From a virus, in IMG/VR virus record IMGVR_UViG_3300032157_000005, positions 1-64,000 of that record: a stretch of DNA of 64,000 bases. One strand, given 5' to 3'. Position numbers and translations under genes: made by a program. How positions within the stretch are numbered: the first letter of the stretch is position 1; each line of letters starts with the position of its first letter. Below are positions 33,247 through 40,151 of the stretch, piece after piece. The notes below the pieces were generated by a model. That model worked only from the letters and a program-made list of their open reading frames with translations. It was not told the origin of the DNA and ran no database searches.

Positions 33247-33384
33247 ATGGACCTTGAAATGGCCCGGCACCGTCTGGATTTACGACGCCCCCGGCAGTTC
33301 ATTCACGAACCGGTCTTCGACGGATCCACCCCCATCTTCGTCCTGCTGGTGATCGCAGTAGCCCTACTGCTGGCCGGCGGATAG
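33247..33384 (+). CDS. Possible tail-anchored 45-aa membrane peptide
   Basis: ATG 33247. C-terminal IFVLLVIAVALLLAGG. Below the track cutoff and no clear Shine-Dalgarno sequence. Confidence 0.3.
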   Translation: MDLEMARHRLDLRRPRQFIHEPVFDGSTPIFVLLVIAVALLLAGG

Positions 33385-33463
33385 CACGGAACGCTGGACA
33401 GGTCAACAGGAACCCATTAGAATCCCCCCTGCAAGCCGACAACGCTACAGGTAGGGGGCGACG

Positions 33464-35026
33464 ATGGGACTACGGGACCTGTTCGGGTCCATCTTCAGGT
33501 GGGGGCCGGGTGCGACGGCAGCCCCGGCGACGGCCCAGGGTGTGCCCCTGGACTTTGACCTACCACTACAGGAAGACACCAGCCAGACCAGCCTGGTGCA
33601 GCGGCGCGAAGCGGCGGCAGCCGGCGCGGCGGTGCGGAAGGCGGCCAGCCAGGAAGCCATCGGCATGGGATCCTTCGGGGTCGGCCTGGGCATCGACGCG
33701 GACGATCATGCGTATCGACGGCTGACGGGGAACCAGGGCCAGCAGCGGCGCGACCTGACCCCCCTGCAGCAGGATCGTATGCTCGAAATCTGCTGGTATC
33801 TGTGGGAACAGAATGCCTTCGCCCGGCGGCTGGTGACCCTGATGACCGACCTGATCCTGGGCGACGGCATCACGGTCGAAGCCCAGGACGAACGCATCCA
33901 GGACGTGATCGATCAGACCTGGAACCACCGGGTGAACCAGCTGAAGGAACGGCTGCCGGAATTTGCGAACGCCCTGAGCGTGAACGGAGCCCTGGCCCTG
34001 ACCGTGGCGGTGAACCCGATCACGGGGATCCCCCAGCTGGGGTTCATCGACCCCTACCAGATCAAACATATCGAAACCCTGCCCGACAACGTGCTGGTGC
34101 CCGACGTGCTGGTCCTGAAGTCCCTGCCAGGCCAGGACGAAAAGCGGCTGAAGATCGTCCGGGAAAACCCCCTGACCATGAAGCTGGAAGGGGAAGTGAT
34201 CTACCGGGGGATCAACAAGCTGCCGAACAGTGCCCTGGGCCGGTCCGACCTGTCCACCCTGGCCGACTGGCTGGACCTGTATGACAATTACCTGTTCGCG
34301 GAAGTCGAACGGCTGAACCTGCTGTCGGCCTTCGTGTGGGACTGGAAGATCGAAGGCGCGGACGAAACGAAGATCAAGGACAAGCTGAAGACCTTCCCGA
34401 AGCCCAGGCCCGGCCAGGTCTTCGCCCACAACGAAAAGGAAGCCCTGGAAGCGGTGACCCCGGACCTGAAGGCGGCCGACCGGTCGGAAGCCGGCCGGAT
34501 GCTGCGGGTTCATATCGCGGGGGCCTTCGGGTTCCCGGTCAGCTACCTGGGCGAAGGCGACAGCAACCGAGCCACCATCGAAGGCCAGAACGACGTGCTG
34601 ATGAAGACCCCGGCCCGTCGGCAGAAGGAAATCGCCAGCATCGTGGACACGGTGGTCCGGTTCACGGTCGAACAGACGACCGGGAAGAACCCGGCCCTGT
34701 TCCGGGACGCGAAGCCGGCCTACATGATCCGTATGCCGGAAATCGCGGCGAAGGATATCGCCCGAGCGGGCCAGGTCCTGACCAGCGTGATCGCGGCGAT
34801 GGACGTGGCGATGCAGAACAACACGGCCAGCCGGCAGCTGGCGGTGACAGTCCTGGTGGCCATGCTGAAGCAGCTGGGCATCGAAGCCGACCCCCAGGAA
34901 ATCCTGGACCAGGCCGACGTGGACGCGGAAGAACGGCAGGCCAAGCTGGACGACCAGATGGCGGCCCAGGCGGCCCTGAACCCCCCAGTGCCGGACGCGG
35001 AAACCGGGGAACCGGCGGCGGCCTAG
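33464..35026 (+). CDS. Portal protein
   Basis: 520 aa. GTAGGGGGCGACG upstream. Sits just ahead of the MuF-type head morphogenesis gene. Composition is typical of portal proteins. The call rests mainly on size and position. Confidence 0.7.
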   Translation: MGLRDLFGSIFRWGPGATAAPATAQGVPLDFDLPLQEDTSQTSLVQRREAAAAGAAVRKAASQEAIGMGSFGVGLGIDADDHAYRRLTGNQGQQRRDLTPLQQDRMLEICWYLWEQNAFARRLVTLMTDLILGDGITVEAQDERIQDVIDQTWNHRVNQLKERLPEFANALSVNGALALTVAVNPITGIPQLGFIDPYQIKHIETLPDNVLVPDVLVLKSLPGQDEKRLKIVRENPLTMKLEGEVIYRGINKLPNSALGRSDLSTLADWLDLYDNYLFAEVERLNLLSAFVWDWKIEGADETKIKDKLKTFPKPRPGQVFAHNEKEALEAVTPDLKAADRSEAGRMLRVHIAGAFGFPVSYLGEGDSNRATIEGQNDVLMKTPARRQKEIASIVDTVVRFTVEQTTGKNPALFRDAKPAYMIRMPEIAAKDIARAGQVLTSVIAAMDVAMQNNTASRQLAVTVLVAMLKQLGIEADPQEILDQADVDAEERQAKLDDQMAAQAALNPPVPDAETGEPAAA

Positions 35027-35027
35027 C

Positions 35028-35246
35028 ATGGCGAAGCGGACCCTGGTGACGACGGCGATCCCCGGCGGGCAGCTGCGGGTCGAAGTGCCCTGTGCGAAGT
35101 GTGACCCCTGTGTCCTGGTGGTTACGGTGAAGGCCCACCCGACCGACCCGAAGCTGCCGGCAAAGGACGACCTGCGGGCGGCCATCGCGGCCCACGGCTG
35201 GCAGGTGAACCGAGCCGACCAGGCGATCTGCCCGGACTGTCGATAG
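35028..35246 (+). CDS. Small Cys-motif protein
   Basis: CAKCDPC..CPDC. 72 aa. Confidence 0.55.
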   Translation: MAKRTLVTTAIPGGQLRVEVPCAKCDPCVLVVTVKAHPTDPKLPAKDDLRAAIAAHGWQVNRADQAICPDCR

Positions 35247-35250
35247 GTCG

Positions 35251-35475
35251 ATGGGACGGACGACGCCAGACGGACCGACGGGACCCAGGCCGGACCCGCC
35301 ACCGGCCCCCCCGGCGCGGCAGGTGCCCCCGAGCGGGCCGGCACGGGTGAAGTGCCGGCGGTGCGGCCGGTGGGGCGACGAAAAGACCCAGTGCGACGGC
35401 TGCGGGGCCCCCCTGGATCCCGGCGAACGCGGCGCGGCCCCTGACTTTCCCCCAAACCGAACGGTGCGCGGCTGA
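35251..35475 (+). CDS. Pro-rich zinc-ribbon protein
   Basis: CRRCG..CDGCG. 74 aa. Confidence 0.5.
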   Translation: MGRTTPDGPTGPRPDPPPAPPARQVPPSGPARVKCRRCGRWGDEKTQCDGCGAPLDPGERGAAPDFPPNRTVRG

Positions 35476-37718
35476 TGGACGGCCTGGTCCTGACCCCGAT
35501 CACCGAAGCCCTGGTGATCCCGGTGGCGTTCGACTGGCCGAGCCCCGACCGGATCGTGGAAGCCATCGGGACCGGCGCGGCGAAGCGGGCCCAGCGGGCG
35601 AACCGGGCCGGGAACCAGGTGATCGGGGACCGGTTCAAGCTGGAAAAAGACACCCAGGCCCAGGTCCTGAAGCGGCTGGCCATGCTGAAGGACGCCCTGG
35701 CGAAGCGGCTGCTGGCCGACGGCGGCGCGGTCACGGACTTCCGGCAGTTCAACCTGGCGGCCCTGTCGGCCGACGTGGACCGGCTGACGAAGGACGCCCA
35801 GGACGCCCTAGCGAAGTCGGCGGAAACCGACTACAAGGCGGCCGACCAGCTGGGGGTGCAGGCCATCCAGGAACCCCTGGGCGCGGCCCAGCTGTCGATC
35901 ACGAAGGCCCTGCCCGGCCTGGACACGTCCCTGGTGCAGGCGGCCTTCGGGAACACCGTGGACCTGCTGACCCCCCCGATGCAGCAGTATGCCACCCAGG
36001 TGAAGGTGGCCCTGCGGGGCGTGGCCCTGGCCGGGGATAACAAGTTCGCGGCCATCGCCAAGCTGCGGGACCAGATCGGCGGGCCCAACTTCCAGAAGGC
36101 CCAATACCAGGCCGAACGCATCATCCGGACCGAACTGGGGCGGACCTTCAATACGGCGACCTATGAACGGCTGGTGGCCCTGTCGAAGGACTTTCCATTC
36201 CTGCGGAAGGGATGGCGGGCGACGAACGACCGGCGGACCCGGCAGGGCCACCGGGAAGCCGGCCAGAAGTATGCCAGGGGGAACGGCATCCTGGTGGCCG
36301 AGCCGTTCAAGCTGAACGTCTACGACGAACGGCCTGGGAAAGGGGCGAAGCTGATCGGGGTGGCGACCCTGCAGTATCCGGTGGACCCGAACGTGAAGCC
36401 GGAAGGGCGGATCGGCGCGGCGGCCACCATCATGTGCCGGTGCAACGGGTTCGTGGACATGCACCTGGGGGACTTCGCCCAGTTCACCAGGGACAAGGTG
36501 GCCACGGCCCTGTCGGGCGTGACGCCCCCGGCGACCCCCGAGCCCCCGGCGAAGCCGAAGGTGGTGGCCGGCGACGACGTGAGCCTGGCGAAGTCCCTGA
36601 AGTCGTCCGTGAACTACTACAAGGGGACCTACTACGGCAGCGAAGCGGACATGCAGGTGCTGGCGTCGAAGCTGGGACGGTCAGGGATCCGGGTGGTGAA
36701 AGGACCGGCCGGGCGCGGGTTCTTCTACATCGAAGACGAAGCGGGGTTCCGGTTCGGGCCCGAAGGGTGGCGGACCGGGAAGATCGAAAAGCCGAAGCCG
36801 GTGAAGGTGGCGGTGCCGAAGCCGAAGGACGTGAAGCCGATCCCGAGCAGCCCGAAGGGCCCCCAGGGCCCGAAGGTATCGGCGGCGGCCGACCTGACCC
36901 CGGCGAACCCCGGCTACAAGCGGAAGGCCCTGAACACGGCGAACCAGGCGAAGCTGCGGAAGGCCCTGGACGTGATCGACAGCGTGCACGGGGACGGCAA
37001 CCTGACGACGATCCCGGTGACCCAGGTGCCGGCGCGGTATCGGAAAAAGGCCGGGGCCTTCTACGAATCGAGCGGCGACGGCCGGCCGATGTCCCTGGGG
37101 TTCGGCGGTGGCCTGATGGGGAACAGCCCCTATATGACGGCGTTCCACGAAGTCGGCCACTGGCTGGACCAGCAGGGGGTCGGGGCCCGGCGCTATGCCA
37201 GCACGGCATCGTTTGCCACCGAAGTGGCCGGCGGGGACCAGAAGGTCCTGGACGCGGTGGAACGGTGGCGGCAGGCCGTGAAGAACACCCAGGCGATCCA
37301 GACCCTGGAAAAGTGGCGCGGCGCGAACGTGCCGGCCGACCCCCGGCTGAAAGGCTACGGCGGCAGCACCCAGGGAAACGGCCACACCTACGGGGACGGC
37401 ACCGTGCCCCTGGGCGTCAAGCGGGAATTCGTGAACTACCTGCTGGGCGCGAAGGAAGTCTGGGCCCGGTCCTACGCCCAGTATGTGGCGAAGACATCGG
37501 GGAACGCGGCGGCCCTGAAGGAACTGGGGAACATGCAGGCGGCCAGCGTATCGGGGCTGTCCCCGGTGGCCAGGACGACCCCCTACAACGGGACGCCCCT
37601 GGGGAAGGCCCCGACGGGATCGGGCTGGGATTACCCCTGGCAGTGGTCGGATGAAGACTTCGCCCCGGTGCAGGCGGCCTTCGACAACATCATGCAGGTG
37701 CTGGGATGGCGAAAGTAA
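35475..37718 (+). CDS. Head morphogenesis protein (SPP1 gp7/Mu F family) fused to a C-terminal HExxH domain
   Basis: MuF core AERIIRTELGRTFNTATY..WRATNDRRTRQGHREAGQ (residues 213-265). Lys/Pro linker. HEVGH at residues 558-562 (nt 37146-37160), with EVWARSYAQY downstream. Confidence 0.85.
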   Translation: MDGLVLTPITEALVIPVAFDWPSPDRIVEAIGTGAAKRAQRANRAGNQVIGDRFKLEKDTQAQVLKRLAMLKDALAKRLLADGGAVTDFRQFNLAALSADVDRLTKDAQDALAKSAETDYKAADQLGVQAIQEPLGAAQLSITKALPGLDTSLVQAAFGNTVDLLTPPMQQYATQVKVALRGVALAGDNKFAAIAKLRDQIGGPNFQKAQYQAERIIRTELGRTFNTATYERLVALSKDFPFLRKGWRATNDRRTRQGHREAGQKYARGNGILVAEPFKLNVYDERPGKGAKLIGVATLQYPVDPNVKPEGRIGAAATIMCRCNGFVDMHLGDFAQFTRDKVATALSGVTPPATPEPPAKPKVVAGDDVSLAKSLKSSVNYYKGTYYGSEADMQVLASKLGRSGIRVVKGPAGRGFFYIEDEAGFRFGPEGWRTGKIEKPKPVKVAVPKPKDVKPIPSSPKGPQGPKVSAAADLTPANPGYKRKALNTANQAKLRKALDVIDSVHGDGNLTTIPVTQVPARYRKKAGAFYESSGDGRPMSLGFGGGLMGNSPYMTAFHEVGHWLDQQGVGARRYASTASFATEVAGGDQKVLDAVERWRQAVKNTQAIQTLEKWRGANVPADPRLKGYGGSTQGNGHTYGDGTVPLGVKREFVNYLLGAKEVWARSYAQYVAKTSGNAAALKELGNMQAASVSGLSPVARTTPYNGTPLGKAPTGSGWDYPWQWSDEDFAPVQAAFDNIMQVLGWRK

Positions 37719-37858
37719 CCAAGTTCGAAGACAAGCGGATCGAACTGGACCACCGGGCCCAGGACCGGAAGCCCCAGGTGCTGCCGGACCGGTGGATCCG
37801 GAAAGACAGCGGCGAAATGGTCCCCGAACCGGTGGGCCCGTCGATCTTCGACGTATAG
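37706..37858 (+). CDS. Possible 50-aa protein
   Basis: ATG 37706 overlaps the MuF gene end. Preferred codons. MAKVTKFEDKRIELDHRAQD... Below the track cutoff. Confidence 0.4.
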   Translation: MAKVTKFEDKRIELDHRAQDRKPQVLPDRWIRKDSGEMVPEPVGPSIFDV

Positions 37859-37913
37859 TTCAGCCGGGGCCAACGGATAAGCCGGGGCCCCAAACCAGGA
37901 AGGAAAAGCAGCA

Positions 37914-38723
37914 ATGGCAACGGCACTACAGAAGCGGGCAAGCAGGGCGGCGAAGGCGGCGGCGGAAAAGGTGAAGGCCGACGGCGGCGACCAGGCGGCC
38001 CAGGACGCGGCGGCCGACAAGGCGAAGGCGGATACCCTGGCGGCGGGCGATGCCGGCGCGGGCGGGGATCCTGGTGACCAGGACGAACCCCGGAAGCTGG
38101 ACCCGGAAGCGGAAGCGGCGATCAAGGCGGCCGGCCTGAACGCGGACGACCTGGAAGACGAAGAAATCCAGGACCTGGTGGACGCGGCGCGGGCCGACCA
38201 GGCGCGGGCAGCCGAAACGGCGGCGGTTCCCGGCGGCCCGAAGCTGGTGAAGGAAGCGAACGGCCGGACGGACCGTTACGCCATCGCCCTGCTGATCGAA
38301 GCCTGCACCATCTACGGGGTGAACCCGTCGGCCGACATCCGGCCGAAGGAACTGATGTCCTGGCGGTTCTACCCCGGCGAAGACGACCCGACGAAGGGCG
38401 TGCAGCCGGACGCGGTGGTGTTCGTGACCACCGGGGGCGTGAAGATCAAGCACTTCGATGATCCCGACGTGCCGATGGACCCGGAAACGGAAGACCGGCT
38501 GCGGCGGATCTTCGGCCTGTTCAAGCAGGATCCGAAGTCGAAGGAAATCACGGCCCTGCCCCTGCCGGACGACCGGACCCTGCCGGCCACGGCGGTCACG
38601 GGCGGGGTGACCAGCACCGATCACCAGTATGTCGGCGGCTACCTGAAGGCCGGCGGCCGGAAGGCGGCGGCCGAAAAGCAGAAGCGGCGCGACGAACGGG
38701 CGAAGCGGCTGGGCCTGGCGTAG
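37914..38723 (+). CDS. Hypothetical head-module protein (scaffold candidate)
   Basis: Ala/Lys/Asp-rich helical N-terminus and C-terminal basic helix. Position between the MuF and capsid genes. Confidence 0.5.
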   Translation: MATALQKRASRAAKAAAEKVKADGGDQAAQDAAADKAKADTLAAGDAGAGGDPGDQDEPRKLDPEAEAAIKAAGLNADDLEDEEIQDLVDAARADQARAAETAAVPGGPKLVKEANGRTDRYAIALLIEACTIYGVNPSADIRPKELMSWRFYPGEDDPTKGVQPDAVVFVTTGGVKIKHFDDPDVPMDPETEDRLRRIFGLFKQDPKSKEITALPLPDDRTLPATAVTGGVTSTDHQYVGGYLKAGGRKAAAEKQKRRDERAKRLGLA

Positions 38724-38735
38724 GCAAGAACCAGG

Positions 38736-38776
38736 GGTGGACTACTTCGGCAGCACCCGGTCCGAAGTAGTCCACC
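38736..38776 (+). terminator. 15-bp perfect inverted repeat (hairpin without a T-tract)
   Basis: GGTGGACTACTTCGG, 11-nt loop, CCGAAGTAGTCCACC, starting 13 nt after the stop at 38723. Confidence 0.55.
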
Positions 38777-38785
38777 GGTAAATGT

Positions 38786-39319
38786 ATGAAAGATAGAAGG
38801 ATGCACCCACGGCGGGACCAGCTGACCGAATCCGATCAGGACCGGGTGGCGGAAGTCTTCCAGACCCATCGGCGGTTCCTGGAAAGCGTGGCGCGGCAGC
38901 ATGCCCCGAGCCCGGACCACGTGCCCGACATCGTGCAGTCCGTCGGCATCAAAATGTGCCAGTCCCTGAACGGGTTCCGGGGGGAGTCGGAACTACAGAC
39001 CTGGCTGTATCGGGTGACCGTGAACGCGGCGCGGGACATCTACCGAAGCGAACGGGCCCAGCTGCTGCGGCCCAGGGAAGCCCTGACCACCCACCGGGAC
39101 CCGGAACCGGTCCTGGATCCCGACGACGTGGTGGCTGGGACCGAACGGCTGGGGGCCCTGCAGGACGCGGTGGACCGGCTGAACCCCCTACACCGGGAAC
39201 TGGTTATGGACATTCTGGCAGAGCCAGCCGTCTTAGATGGTAGACGGAAATCCAGACACCTGGCACGGCGGCAACTGCGGCAGCTGCTGACCGATGATCC
39301 ACGGCTGGCCACCGAATGA
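38786..39319 (+). CDS. ECF-type sigma-70 family protein with an abbreviated region 4
   Basis: Region 2: DIVQSVGIKMCQSLNGFRGESELQTWLYRVTVNAARDIYR. Region 4.1-like LNPLHRELVMDIL, but the 4.2 HTH is shortened (AEPAVLDGRRKSRHLARRQLRQLL). Rare codons at 39205-39275. Confidence 0.7.
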   Translation: MKDRRMHPRRDQLTESDQDRVAEVFQTHRRFLESVARQHAPSPDHVPDIVQSVGIKMCQSLNGFRGESELQTWLYRVTVNAARDIYRSERAQLLRPREALTTHRDPEPVLDPDDVVAGTERLGALQDAVDRLNPLHRELVMDILAEPAVLDGRRKSRHLARRQLRQLLTDDPRLATE

Positions 39320-39669
39320 CAGCATCCAGTGCCCTGGTCCGGCGGCAGTCCGGCCTGGTAGTGACGGCCGACCTGGCCACGGAGCCGGAACGGGGAGTGC
39401 CCCAGCGGGGGGCCCCGGTCTGCTACGACGGCGACGGCCGGCGGCGGATCGTAATCAGCGACGAACTGCGGCGGAAGCAGGATCGGCTGGTGGCGGAAAT
39501 GAAGGGAACCGGCCAGGCCATTTTCCTGGCATGCCGGGAAGACTTCAGGCGGTCAGACGGGAAGCCCAGCTGCGGGGAAGTCATGGTGCCGGAAGGTCAG
39601 GAGACGGACGATCCGGGCTACGGATGCAAGTGCACCCGGATCCACTTTGAATTCCGGGGTCGGCGGTGA
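39316..39669 (+). CDS. Cys-containing hypothetical protein (anti-sigma or partner candidate)
   Basis: ATGA coupling to the sigma gene. 117 aa, five Cys including GCKCTRIH. Confidence 0.5.
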   Translation: MTASSALVRRQSGLVVTADLATEPERGVPQRGAPVCYDGDGRRRIVISDELRRKQDRLVAEMKGTGQAIFLACREDFRRSDGKPSCGEVMVPEGQETDDPGYGCKCTRIHFEFRGRR

Positions 39670-39884
39670 GCCACCCCAAACCCATGCCCCTGGTGGCGGT
39701 CGTTCGGTGGGTCATAACGACCCTGATCCGGATGGCCCAGAACCGGGACTGGGGCGAAGTCAGGATCACGGTGCAGGGCGGGCAGATCATGTTCGTGCAC
39801 CAGGACCTGAGCTACCGGGATCGGCTGCCGGAACAGACGGGCGGGGACGACCAGGTAAGGCAAGTCCTGGCGGCGGCATCGTAG
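39666..39884 (+). CDS. DUF2292/YezD-like small protein
   Basis: GTGA coupling. WGEVRITVQGGQIMFVHQDLSYR matches my recollection of the YezD pattern. Confidence 0.55.
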   Translation: MSHPKPMPLVAVVRWVITTLIRMAQNRDWGEVRITVQGGQIMFVHQDLSYRDRLPEQTGGDDQVRQVLAAAS

Positions 39885-40036
39885 GGCGCTATTTCATAGA
39901 AGGCGGAACCAGCCCCTGGGGGGAAACTAACCAGTATCCTGGGGGTTCGGGGCATCCGGAACAAGCACGTGGCAAGGCCCCGGACCAGCTGCTAACGCGA
40001 AACGTGGCTGCCGACCTGTGGAAGCAGGCGGCTGCA

Positions 40037-40065
40037 GGCCGGGGGGTCAGGACGATCCCCCGGCC
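40037..40065 (+). other. GC hairpin in the long non-coding leader
   Basis: GGCCGGGGG, 11-nt loop, CCCCCGGCC. Confidence 0.5.
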
Positions 40066-40095
40066 ATCTTAGAAGACCGGCGAAACGGAAAAACC

Positions 40096-40142
40096 GGGCC
40101 GGCATCAGGTGGACGTTCCACCGGGTGCTGGCCCTTTTTGTT
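40096..40142 (+). terminator. Rho-independent terminator abutting the capsid gene start
   Basis: GGGCCGGCA..(inner GGTGGA/TCCACC)..TGCTGGCCC, then TTTTTGTT. Preceded by CGAAACGGAAAAACC. Confidence 0.7.
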
Positions 40143-40151
40143 CAGGCCACC

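Noticed and set aside
33385-33463. ECF-type promoters (GGAAC, about 17 nt, CGT) upstream of the portal gene (GGAAC at 33388 and 33409) and in the capsid leader (GGAAC at 39905 and 39958).
   Set aside because: The pentamers are present, but no consistent -10 element lies at the correct spacing, and the contexts are not similar to each other. The evidence is insufficient.
39885-40151. A tRNA or other known structured RNA gene in the longer intergenic gaps (25276-25344, 33218-33463, 39885-40151, 45886-46065).
   Set aside because: I could not draw a cloverleaf with acceptor, D, anticodon and T arms. The stems present are simple hairpins. A covariance-model scan would be needed to exclude small RNAs.
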